Positions 32,938 through 42,039 of a stretch of 64,000 nt of DNA are shown here, in pieces. How positions within the stretch are numbered: the first letter of the stretch is position 1; every line of letters starts with the position of its first letter. This stretch comes from Bacteroidota bacterium (lineage in GTDB: Bacteria > Bacteroidota > Bacteroidia > UKL13-3): contig JANYDU010000046.1 in the NCBI GenBank assembly GCA_025359805.1, positions 20,900 to 84,899 of the forward strand. Reading direction: 5' to 3'. A model generated the notes under the pieces. The model worked only from the letters and a program-made list of their open reading frames with translations, was not told the DNA's origin and made no database searches. A program made the position numbers and the translations under genes.

Positions 32938-33120
32938 ATGCCACACCCTAAACGAAAAATGTCAAACTCAAGACGTGACAAAAGAAGAACTCACTACAAA
33001 GGTGCAACACCTACCTTGTCTGTTGATCCAACTTCGGGCGAAACCCACATGCGTCACCGTGTAACTGCTGATGGTTTTTATCGCGGTAAACATGCATTTC
33101 CAGATATGAAGCGTGACTAA
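32938..33120 (+). CDS. rpmF: 50S ribosomal protein L32 (Cys-free form)
   Basis: [21 protein letters not shown]. Confidence 0.97.
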   Translation: MPHPKRKMSNSRRDKRRTHYKGATPTLSVDPTSGETHMRHRVTADGFYRGKHAFPDMKRD

Positions 33121-33235
33121 TCGCATCTTGCGATTTAAAATAATAGAGAAAAGTTATTCTCATCTGATCTTTAAAAACAAAATATAGTTTCAGATGAAAA
33201 AACTCGTATTATTGTTTTACGCTAACATATCTTAA

Positions 33236-34195
33236 ATGAAAATAGGTTTCGATATAATGGGAGGCGATTATGCCCCCAAAGAAGCAATTAATGGTGCTAT
33301 TCAAGCTCATCGTGAAATGAAAAACGGTGAAAAAATTGTTTTAATTGGCGATAAGCAACAAGCACTTGCGCTTGTTACTGAGTTTGGAGCTGCTATTGAT
33401 GATTTTGAATACATTCATACTACCGAAATTATTGGAATGGGTGAACACCCTACCAGAGCCATTTCACAAAAGAAAGACTCCAGTATTTCCGTAGGTTTTA
33501 AATTATTAGCCACCAAACAAATTGATGCTTTTGTAAGTGCTGGTAACACTGGTGCCATGCTTGTTGGTGCTATGTTTTCAGTAAAGCCAATTGAAGGCGT
33601 TATTAGACCCAGCATTACGGCTATTATACCAAAACCTAATGGAAAATTTGGCTTGTTGTTAGATGCAGGAGCAAATGCCGATTGTAAGCCTGATGTACTT
33701 TGTCAGTTTGGTGTACTCGGCTCCTTAATGATGAAATATGTTATGGGTGTTGAAAATCCAAGAGTTGGATTATTAAGTATAGGTGAAGAAAAGGAAAAAG
33801 GAAATCTAGTTACGGTATCTGCCCATCACATTATGGAAGAATCAGGCGATTTTAATTTTATAGGAAACGTTGAAGGTCGTGATTTTTTGAGTGATAAATG
33901 TGACGTAATTGTTTGTGAAGGATTTACTGGAAATGTAGTTCTTAAAGCCTTTGAATCCGTTTATTATGTAATGAAAAAACGGGGAATAAATGATGAATAT
34001 TTTGATAGTATGAATTACGAAAACTATGGTGGCACTCCAATTCTAGGATTAAATGCGCCCGTAATTATTGGGCATGGTATTTCAAATGCCACAGCTTTTA
34101 AAAACATGATTTTCTCAGCTCGTGAGGTTATCAACTCAAAATTATGCGAAATCATTCGCGAGTCATTTAAAAATATTGTTCCCCCAACACAATAA
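33236..34195 (+). CDS. plsX: Phosphate acyltransferase PlsX
   Basis: DIMGGDYAP, SAGNTGA, DAGAN, GNVEGRD, HG.S. Confidence 0.97.
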   Translation: MKIGFDIMGGDYAPKEAINGAIQAHREMKNGEKIVLIGDKQQALALVTEFGAAIDDFEYIHTTEIIGMGEHPTRAISQKKDSSISVGFKLLATKQIDAFVSAGNTGAMLVGAMFSVKPIEGVIRPSITAIIPKPNGKFGLLLDAGANADCKPDVLCQFGVLGSLMMKYVMGVENPRVGLLSIGEEKEKGNLVTVSAHHIMEESGDFNFIGNVEGRDFLSDKCDVIVCEGFTGNVVLKAFESVYYVMKKRGINDEYFDSMNYENYGGTPILGLNAPVIIGHGISNATAFKNMIFSAREVINSKLCEIIRESFKNIVPPTQ

Positions 34196-35196
34196 TGAAT
34201 AAAATTACCGCTGCAATTACTTGTGTTAATGGTTACGTACCTGAACACAAACTCACCAATCAAGATCTCGAAAAGATGGTTGATACCAATGATGAGTGGA
34301 TTATGTCCCGTACCGGAATTAAGGAAAGACGCATACAAAACACTCCTGGATTAGCCACTTCTGATATGGCTGTTGAGGCAGTAAATGGATTACTAAAAAA
34401 ACGTGGCATCACAGCAAATGATATTGATTTAATTATTTTTAGTACCGTAACTGGAGATATGATTTTCCCTTCCACAGCTTGTGTTCTTGCTGATAAAATT
34501 GGAGCGAAAAACGCATTTGGATTTGACCTATCGGCTGCATGTTCAGGTTTTTTGTTTGGGTTAGAAACTGGAGCAAAATTTATTGAATCGGGTAAGTATA
34601 AAAAAGTATTAGTTGTTGGTGGTGATAAAATGTCGTCAATTATTGATTACACAGATAGAAATACCTGCATCATTTTTGGTGATGGCTTAGGCTGTGTATT
34701 GCTTGAACCCAATGAAGATGGTTACGGAATTGTGGATTCTATTTTAAAGATAGATGGCTCGGGAAGGCAATTTTTATTTCAAAAAGCAGGCGGTTCTCTT
34801 AACCCTCCAACTCATCAAACTATAGATGCTCGCGAGCATTACGTTTATCAAGATGGGAAAACAGTTTTCAAATTTGCGGTTACCAATATGGCTCAAGTTT
34901 CTGCTGATATTATGGAACGTAATCATTTAACGGCTGATGATGTTGCTTGGTTAGTTCCGCATCAAGCAAATTTAAGAATTATTGATGCAACGGCCGAACG
35001 AATGGGGGTTGGTAGAGATAAAGTGATGATTAATATTGATCATTTTGGAAATACCACAAACGGAACATTACCCCTTTGTTTATGGGAATGGGAAACCAAA
35101 TTGAAAAAAGGAGACAATATAATTTTAGCCGCATTTGGTGGTGGATTTACTTGGGGTGCCATATATATTAAATGGGCATACAACACTCCAGCATAA
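34195..35196 (+). CDS. fabH: 3-oxoacyl-ACP synthase III
   Basis: AACSGF, PHQAN, GNT, FGGGFTW. Confidence 0.97.
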   Translation: MNKITAAITCVNGYVPEHKLTNQDLEKMVDTNDEWIMSRTGIKERRIQNTPGLATSDMAVEAVNGLLKKRGITANDIDLIIFSTVTGDMIFPSTACVLADKIGAKNAFGFDLSAACSGFLFGLETGAKFIESGKYKKVLVVGGDKMSSIIDYTDRNTCIIFGDGLGCVLLEPNEDGYGIVDSILKIDGSGRQFLFQKAGGSLNPPTHQTIDAREHYVYQDGKTVFKFAVTNMAQVSADIMERNHLTADDVAWLVPHQANLRIIDATAERMGVGRDKVMINIDHFGNTTNGTLPLCLWEWETKLKKGDNIILAAFGGGFTWGAIYIKWAYNTPA

Positions 35197-35278
35197 TTTT
35201 TATTACTGGAATTTACTTTTACTAAAACTTTTTTAGATTTTAAATTTTTATACATTTGATATATTAAACCTAACCATT

Positions 35279-35749
35279 ATGGAATTAAAAGAGATCAAAG
35301 AACTCATAAAGCTTGTTTCAGAATCGGGCGTTTCGGAGGTTGAAGTAGAAAAAGGAGACTTCAAAGTATCTATTAAAAAAATCGAGGACAAAACAACAAT
35401 AGTTCATGCAGAGCCTAGTATGCATACTGCGCCTATTGCTGTATCTGTAGCCCCAGCTCAAGTTACAGCAAAAATGGAAGCTCTTGTTTCCATTCCGGCT
35501 GCAAGCAATCTTATTACCATCAAATCACCAATGATTGGCACGTTTTATAAAACGTCCTCTCCAGAAAAACCTGCATTTATAAATATTGGTGATGAGATAA
35601 AACCTGGTAAAGTTTTGTGCATTATTGAAGCAATGAAATTATTTAACGAAATTGAATCTGAAGTATCAGGTAAGATTGTTAAGATATTAGTTGAAAATGC
35701 ATCTCCAGTTGAATACGACCAACCTCTTTTTCTTGTAGAACCCATGTAA
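35279..35749 (+). CDS. accB: Acetyl-CoA carboxylase biotin carboxyl carrier protein
   Basis: EAMK biotinylation motif; [16 protein letters not shown] box at 35251-35258. Confidence 0.97.
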   Translation: MELKEIKELIKLVSESGVSEVEVEKGDFKVSIKKIEDKTTIVHAEPSMHTAPIAVSVAPAQVTAKMEALVSIPAASNLITIKSPMIGTFYKTSSPEKPAFINIGDEIKPGKVLCIIEAMKLFNEIESEVSGKIVKILVENASPVEYDQPLFLVEPM

Positions 35750-35767
35750 TTTTTTGATATGCCAATA

Positions 35768-35834
35768 AGCAGATGTGCTCGTGAGAAACTTTATTTCCAT
35801 CTGCTCATTTTCAAATCTTCACATTCTTCACATT
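35768..35834. repeat. Intergenic hairpin plus degenerate 8-9-mer repeats
   Basis: AGCAGATG...CATCTGCT inverted repeat followed by CATTTTCAAATCTTCACATTCTTCACATT. Confidence 0.4.
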
Positions 35835-35842
35835 TATAAAAT

Positions 35843-37189
35843 ATGTTCAAAAAAATATTAATTGCCAATAGAGGAGAAATTGCACTTCGTGTAATTCGTA
35901 CTGCTAAAGAAATGGGCATAAAAACAGTAGCCGTTTATTCTACTGCCGATAAAGAAAGTCTTCATGTTCGATTTGCTGATGAAGCCGTTTGTATTGGACC
36001 TCCGCCATCTCCACAATCTTATTTAAACATGGCAAATATTATTGCAGCAGCAGAAATTACTAATGCTGATGCAATACATCCTGGTTATGGTTTTCTATCT
36101 GAAAACGCAAAATTTTCAGAAATATGCCGTTCTCATGGAATAAAATTTATTGGAGCATCGCCAGAAATGATTAATGCTATGGGCGATAAATCAAACGCAA
36201 AAACTACTATGAAAAAATCTGGAGTTCCTGTAATTCCTGGTTCTGAGGGTTTACTTGCAAGTGCAGATGAAGGAAGAGAATTGGCTAAAGGAATTGGATA
36301 CCCAGTAATTATTAAAGCTACAGCAGGTGGCGGTGGACGTGGAATGAGAATTATTTGGGAAGATGCTGAGTTTGAAAAAAATTGGGATAGTGCTCGTCAG
36401 GAATCAAAAGCAGCGTTTGGAAATGATGGCATGTATATGGAAAAATATGTGGAGGAACCTCGACATATCGAAATTCAATTAGCGGGCGATCAATACGGAA
36501 ATGTTTGTCATTTGAGTGAGCGTGATTGTTCTATTCAACGTAGGCATCAAAAACTTTTAGAAGAGGCTCCTTCACCTTTTGTTACTCCCGAATTACGTGA
36601 AAAAATGGGAGCAGCAGCTATTGCTGGCGCAAAATCAATTAACTACGAAGGTTTAGGTACAATAGAGTTTTTGGTTGATAAGCATCGTAATTTTTATTTC
36701 ATGGAAATGAATACACGTATTCAGGTTGAGCATCCGGTAACTGAAGAAGTAATTAATTATGATTTAGTAAAAGAGCAAATTTTAATTGCTGCTGGAGTTC
36801 CAATTAGTGGTAAAAATTATTATCCAACTAAACATGCTATTGAATGTCGAATAAATGCTGAAGATCCTTATAATAATTTTCGCCCAACTCCCGGTAAAAT
36901 AGAGTATTTGCATAAACCGGGTGGACATGGAGTGCGTGTTGATACACATATTTATGCAGGTTATACCATACCATCAAATTATGATTCGATGATTGCTAAA
37001 ATGATTGTGTGTGCACAAACTCGTGAAGAAGCGATTATAAAAATGGAGCGTGCTTTAGGAGAATTTATTATTGAGGGGCCGGGTTTAAAAACAACTATTC
37101 CACTTCATATTAAATTGATGCAAAATGAAGATTTCAAAAAAGGAAATTTCACTACTGCATTTATGAATACATTTGATATCAATAAATAA
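35843..37189 (+). CDS. accC: Acetyl-CoA carboxylase biotin carboxylase
   Basis: [32 protein letters not shown]. Confidence 0.98.
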   Translation: MFKKILIANRGEIALRVIRTAKEMGIKTVAVYSTADKESLHVRFADEAVCIGPPPSPQSYLNMANIIAAAEITNADAIHPGYGFLSENAKFSEICRSHGIKFIGASPEMINAMGDKSNAKTTMKKSGVPVIPGSEGLLASADEGRELAKGIGYPVIIKATAGGGGRGMRIIWEDAEFEKNWDSARQESKAAFGNDGMYMEKYVEEPRHIEIQLAGDQYGNVCHLSERDCSIQRRHQKLLEEAPSPFVTPELREKMGAAAIAGAKSINYEGLGTIEFLVDKHRNFYFMEMNTRIQVEHPVTEEVINYDLVKEQILIAAGVPISGKNYYPTKHAIECRINAEDPYNNFRPTPGKIEYLHKPGGHGVRVDTHIYAGYTIPSNYDSMIAKMIVCAQTREEAIIKMERALGEFIIEGPGLKTTIPLHIKLMQNEDFKKGNFTTAFMNTFDINK

Positions 37190-37195
37190 TTTTGA

Positions 37196-37927
37196 TTAGC
37201 TTTTTGCTACAATAATCATATTGGGAGTAAACACTACTTTTTTATCTGTTCGGGCAGATGCAAATAATTCCAATTTGTATCTAAACAATATACATTTCCA
37301 TAGCACTTTACGAATTATTTCTTTTACGAAACCATTCACTTTAAGAAATGATGGAAGCACTTTAACATTTTTAAAACCCATTGCCATCATCAATTGAGTA
37401 GCGCTATTTTTGTTCATGTAATTTTCATGCGTAAAATCTCCATTGGCATACATGTTTCCAAATGCTGCATCTAAATTTGGTGTTCTAAAAATTACCATTC
37501 CATTTGGCTTCAGTGCTTTTTTTATTGTTTCGATTAACGCAAGCAATTCGTCTTTTGTAAAATGCTCAATAATATCCATTCCGGTAATCACATCATAAGC
37601 TGCATTTTTATCTTTTAAATACTCGTTCAAGTCACCAAGTTTTGCTTCTGATACACCAAACTCATTAGCAATTTTTATCATCTCTTCACTCAAATCAATT
37701 CCTTCCACATTTTGGTAACCAACAAGTTTACATGCAGCCAAAAAGCCACCAATACCACAACCAATATCAAGCATACGAATAGATTTATCATTGGGTAAAT
37801 ATTTTAAAATTTCCTTACCAAAATGATAACAATCTTGCTCAAATTTTTCTTTTTGATGAGCTGTATATTCTCGCCCAGCTTGGTTTGTAAAATAGTTTGT
37901 GTATAAGGTTTTTCTATAGTTTGTCAT
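37196..37927 (-). CDS. Class I SAM-dependent methyltransferase
   Basis: LDIGCGIG, IEH, LKPNG..TPN. Start at MTNYRK (37927) likely; ORF track gives 37954. Confidence 0.85.
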   Translation of the reverse strand: MTNYRKTLYTNYFTNQAGREYTAHQKEKFEQDCYHFGKEILKYLPNDKSIRMLDIGCGIGGFLAACKLVGYQNVEGIDLSEEMIKIANEFGVSEAKLGDLNEYLKDKNAAYDVITGMDIIEHFTKDELLALIETIKKALKPNGMVIFRTPNLDAAFGNMYANGDFTHENYMNKNSATQLMMAMGFKNVKVLPSFLKVNGFVKEIIRKVLWKCILFRYKLELFASARTDKKVVFTPNMIIVAKS

Positions 37928-37983
37928 GTTAATTTTATTGATGATATGAAACAATGTTAATACTATGCAATCAGGTTTTTAAT

Positions 37984-38997
37984 TTAATTTATCTTCAATA
38001 CAATTTTTCCAAACTGTTCTCCCCTACTCATTTTTTCTACTGCGTATTGAGCTTGCTCCATGGGAAATATTTCATCAACAATTGGAATAATTTTATGCTC
38101 GTTTACAAATGAAATCATTTCAGAAAACTCTTCATCATTTCCCATTGTTGAGCCGAGAATATCAATTTGTTTCCAAAATATTTTAGCAGGCACACCACTG
38201 TTAAAAGCTCCAAGTGTTGCACCATACATGGCAATTCGTCCGGCTGGTTTACACATATCAACAAGTTTTGAAAACGTATCACCTCCACTGCTATCAACAA
38301 TTGCATCAAAACCTCCGCTTATATTTTTTAGCTCTTTATCCCAACCTTCATTTTTATAATTAGCACCACCTTTTGCTCCCCACGAAATAGCTTTTGCAAT
38401 TTTATCATCGCTACCACTAGTTACATATACATTGCAACCTAAGGCAATTGCAAACTGAACTGCTTGCAATGCAACGCCACCACCAATGCCCGTTATTAAA
38501 ATGTTTTCTAATGGTTTTGCACGAGCTCTTTTTAATAATGCTCTAAAACTTGTAAGCCCAGCCAGTGGCAATGCCGCAGCTTGTTCAAAAGATAAGTGAT
38601 TGGGTTTATGATGCAATAATCTAGCATCAATTTTTACATATTCAGCAAAAGTTCCGTTATCTGGAGTGCCTAAAATTACATAATCTTTTGCTTGCACTTT
38701 TGGATTATTTCCCCAATTTAAACTTGGGTTGATGATTACTTCTTTTCCAATCCAATCACTTGAAATAGTTGCACCCACTTTTTCAACTACACCACTTCCA
38801 TCTGCACCTAAAATTATAGGAAAACGAATACCTGCATATTGCCCTTTTTGAATCCACAAATCGCGATGATTAAATGCAGCAGCATAAAGTTTTACCAGCA
38901 CTTCATGCGCTTCAATTTCTGGAATTAGTGTTTCATTAACTGTTAATTTTTGATTTAGTTCAGTGAGTATAATTGCTTTCATTGTATCTGCCATCAT
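37984..38997 (-). CDS. MDR-family (quinone oxidoreductase / zinc-binding ADH-like) oxidoreductase
   Basis: NHRD, GADGSG, GIGGGVA, GSTMG, GKIVL. Confidence 0.88.
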   Translation of the reverse strand: MMADTMKAIILTELNQKLTVNETLIPEIEAHEVLVKLYAAAFNHRDLWIQKGQYAGIRFPIILGADGSGVVEKVGATISSDWIGKEVIINPSLNWGNNPKVQAKDYVILGTPDNGTFAEYVKIDARLLHHKPNHLSFEQAAALPLAGLTSFRALLKRARAKPLENILITGIGGGVALQAVQFAIALGCNVYVTSGSDDKIAKAISWGAKGGANYKNEGWDKELKNISGGFDAIVDSSGGDTFSKLVDMCKPAGRIAMYGATLGAFNSGVPAKIFWKQIDILGSTMGNDEEFSEMISFVNEHKIIPIVDEIFPMEQAQYAVEKMSRGEQFGKIVLKIN

Positions 38998-39004
38998 TCA
39001 ATAA

Positions 39005-39277
39005 TTATCTTGTGTTATGAGCTATTAATCCTTCTTTAGTGGCCAAGTAATGATAAGCTTTCATATCATCTGTATCATAAATAAAACTGCGGATATATTC
39101 TGTTTTTTCATCATCCCAACGCATTGGAACAATATATTTTTTATGAATTAATTGTTTAATTACATCCGCTACAATTGCGGGTTTCTCTTTGCATTCTTCC
39201 AAAATATGTTCAAACGATTCAACAAAATATATGGAGTTTAAAATATTGTATTCTATATCTGTTAACGGTTCATTCAT
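39005..39277 (-). CDS. Conserved hypothetical protein (small, possibly winged helix)
   Basis: Clean ATG ORF within the operon; YFVESF...YLATKEGL.AHN. Confidence 0.65.
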   Translation of the reverse strand: MNEPLTDIEYNILNSIYFVESFEHILEECKEKPAIVADVIKQLIHKKYIVPMRWDDEKTEYIRSFIYDTDDMKAYHYLATKEGLIAHNTR

Positions 39278-39297
39278 GATTTATTTTTTTATAAAAA

Positions 39298-40422
39298 TTA
39301 TTTTACGCTTCTGCCTTTCCAATTATATGTTCCCATATTTGCCCAAACGCCAATAATGATTACATATAAGATGTGAAAAATTTCGGCAACGGGCAAAAAT
39401 AAGAGATAACGGGTTCGTTTAAAAAATTTCAACACCATAAATAAAAACAAAAATTCAATGATTGTTTTAATGAGTAGTTGCCATAATCCCCATTTAGTAT
39501 TCATAAATAAATTAATGATGATGGACGCATTAAAAAAATAAGCACCAACCAAAATGGCTGTAATATATCGGTTTTCATATTTGGTACTTTTAGAAACCCA
39601 TCGCCTACGTTGATCCGCCAATTCTTTTACTGATGTATTTGCTGATGTGCGCACAATTGCCTTTTCATTTTTCAAAAATCTTACATCATTTGGGTACAAT
39701 TTAAACACTTTGTGCATCAAAAATTCATCATCACCACTTGCAATTCCATCATAGCCTTTATAACCTTCTACTTCATCAAATACTTTTTTTTCAAACAATA
39801 AATTTGCAGCGCTACACATGTTTGGATTTTTAAGTTGAATAGCAGCAGCACCAATACCAACTAAGCCTGCAAACTCCATCGATTGAATTTTTTCAAACAA
39901 ATTTTTTGCTTTAAATTCAACCGGAGCATATACCATTTTTGCTTTTGTATTGGCTATAAAATGATTCAACGTACTTAGCCATTCTGTTTCTCTTTCGCAA
40001 TCAGCATCTGTTAAAATGATGTACTTATTTTTGGCTTGATTGATTCCAAAACTAATTGCTGCTTTTTTTAGTTTACGTTTCTCAGCATCGTTGTGCATGT
40101 GCACAAGATGAACTTTTATTCCCTCATGCTCTTTATTAAATAATTCAATTACTTTAGAAGTATCGTCAGTTGAATAATCATTGATTACAATCACTTCAAC
40201 TAAATGATGCGGATAATTTTGTTTAACAATATCCTCCAAACATTTTTGGATAACATGTGCTTCGTTACGTGCAGGAATTAAAATTGAAAATGTATTAAAA
40301 TCTGAAACTTGATTTGTAGAAATATTGAAATACTTAATTTTAATCCAGCCATAAAAATAGCATAAAATTAAAAGCACATACAGCACAGTTAGCAATATTG
40401 ATATGTAAAATAATACCATCAT
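39298..40422 (-). CDS. Membrane glycosyltransferase family 2
   Basis: IPARNE, NDYSTD, TDAD, GDD, QRRRW. ATGA overlap at 40419-40422 fixes the start. Confidence 0.9.
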   Translation of the reverse strand: MMVLFYISILLTVLYVLLILCYFYGWIKIKYFNISTNQVSDFNTFSILIPARNEAHVIQKCLEDIVKQNYPHHLVEVIVINDYSTDDTSKVIELFNKEHEGIKVHLVHMHNDAEKRKLKKAAISFGINQAKNKYIILTDADCERETEWLSTLNHFIANTKAKMVYAPVEFKAKNLFEKIQSMEFAGLVGIGAAAIQLKNPNMCSAANLLFEKKVFDEVEGYKGYDGIASGDDEFLMHKVFKLYPNDVRFLKNEKAIVRTSANTSVKELADQRRRWVSKSTKYENRYITAILVGAYFFNASIIINLFMNTKWGLWQLLIKTIIEFLFLFMVLKFFKRTRYLLFLPVAEIFHILYVIIIGVWANMGTYNWKGRSVK

Positions 40423-41327
40423 TTTGCAAATCGTAATTTTAAAATCACCCACAAACCAAACAAAGCTGGAAGCATTAAATTAATCATCCATAATGAATAT
40501 GCTGAGAGTAAAACTCCCGCAGCATTATCTGTAAATATCGTAAAAAAGAATAATGCACTTGCTCCTCTCATTCCAATTTCAACCAATAAAAAAGAAGGGA
40601 TAAAAGATTGAGCACATAATGTGGTGATAATGCAACAAACACTTTGCGTAATAGAAAGTTCTATCCCAAAAAAGTGAAGCAATAAAACATATTGAACAAT
40701 AAAAATTAGGTATCTTAAAAATGATAAAATCAACACTTGCAGCAATTCATTTCGGGTGTAAAATGAAAACACATTTAAGTATGGAGTGAGCTTTGAATGC
40801 TTGGCAATTTTGCTAACAAGATGAATATTCAAAAATGCAATAATGCTGAATACAATTAAAATAAATGAGATGATATTTAATGTAGAAGCAAACTCATTGC
40901 TGATTTTATTTTGCGAATGAAAAAACCAAATAAATGCAAATAAACCAAAAGCCAATGTCATTATAACTTGTGCGGTATGCCCAATAACCGTTACTAAAGA
41001 GCCTTTTAGTTTATCAAATTTTTTTAAGTGAAGAACCCTTCCTGCAAAATCGCCAATTTGATTTGGAGTGATAATGCTTAATGCTATTCCCGATACAACA
41101 GCTTTAAGAGATTGCACAAAACTTATTGCTTCATTTTTATTGATTAGTAACCTCCACTTTGTGGCTTCCAACATCCAATTAAAAAACATCAATACAAATA
41201 CAAAACATAGCATTAAAATTTTGTTGAAATTCCACTCAAAATTAAATTCATGAATAAGCGTGTTGATGTGATAGGCAAAAAATAATTTATAAAAAATAAA
41301 ACCAAACGTGAGCAACAACAACAGCAC
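40419..41327 (-). CDS. Lysylphosphatidylglycerol synthase TM / flippase-like membrane protein
   Basis: NWMLEATKW, TPNQIGDFAGR, EIGMRG. The frame stays open upstream (possible CTG start at 41375). Confidence 0.8.
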   Translation of the reverse strand: MLLLLLTFGFIFYKLFFAYHINTLIHEFNFEWNFNKILMLCFVFVLMFFNWMLEATKWRLLINKNEAISFVQSLKAVVSGIALSIITPNQIGDFAGRVLHLKKFDKLKGSLVTVIGHTAQVIMTLAFGLFAFIWFFHSQNKISNEFASTLNIISFILIVFSIIAFLNIHLVSKIAKHSKLTPYLNVFSFYTRNELLQVLILSFLRYLIFIVQYVLLLHFFGIELSITQSVCCIITTLCAQSFIPSFLLVEIGMRGASALFFFTIFTDNAAGVLLSAYSLWMINLMLPALFGLWVILKLRFAK

Positions 41328-41435
41328 TTTAATAATGTTGAGAACTTTGGGTTGATATAGCTGTGCGAGTTTCAGTATGTTTATTTAATTTGTAATGTGT
41401 TGCGAAAATATTGCATTACATCAATAAATCAGCAT

Positions 41436-42014
41436 TTGAACGAACTACAACAGATAAAAGATTTTGAACGTATTATTTTGGGCATTGATCCCGGAACGGT
41501 TGTGATGGGTTATGGATTAATTGGTATAACCAAAAAAGACCCAAAGCTCATCAGCCTTGGTGTAATAAAATTAGGAAAAATTGATGACCATACGCTAAAA
41601 CTAAAAAAAATTTTTGAGCGCACCGTTTCATTAATTGAACAATATAAACCAGATGAACTAGCCATTGAAGCTCCCTTTTTTGGTAAAAATGTTCAATCGA
41701 TGTTGAAACTTGGAAGAGCACAAGGAGTGGCAATTGCAGCGGCACTTAGCCGAGAATTAATTGTGAACGAATACTCTCCAAAAAAAATAAAACAATCCAT
41801 TACAGGAAATGGAAATGCAACTAAAGAACAAGTTGCTGCTATGCTTCAACGGTTATTAAAATTTAAAGAAACTCCAGAATTTTTAGATGCTACCGATGGA
41901 CTTGGAGCTGCTTATTGCCACTTCCTTCAACACACACAAACAAAAACCGATGGCAAATCTTTTGGAAGTTGGAAAGCATTTGTTGGTGCTAACCCAAGTA
42001 AGGTGAAAAAGTGA
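41436..42014 (+). CDS. ruvC: Holliday junction resolvase RuvC
   Basis: ILGIDPG, AIEAPF, LGRAQG, GNATKEQV, DATD. Exact start uncertain (41397 or 41436). Confidence 0.96.
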   Translation: MNELQQIKDFERIILGIDPGTVVMGYGLIGITKKDPKLISLGVIKLGKIDDHTLKLKKIFERTVSLIEQYKPDELAIEAPFFGKNVQSMLKLGRAQGVAIAAALSRELIVNEYSPKKIKQSITGNGNATKEQVAAMLQRLLKFKETPEFLDATDGLGAAYCHFLQHTQTKTDGKSFGSWKAFVGANPSKVKK

Positions 42015-42039
42015 AATAATTAAAACCTAATTTTCATAA

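Noticed and set aside
35197-35278. No efp between fabH and accB
   Set aside because: Gene order here varies among Bacteroidota; there is no remnant to suggest a recent loss.
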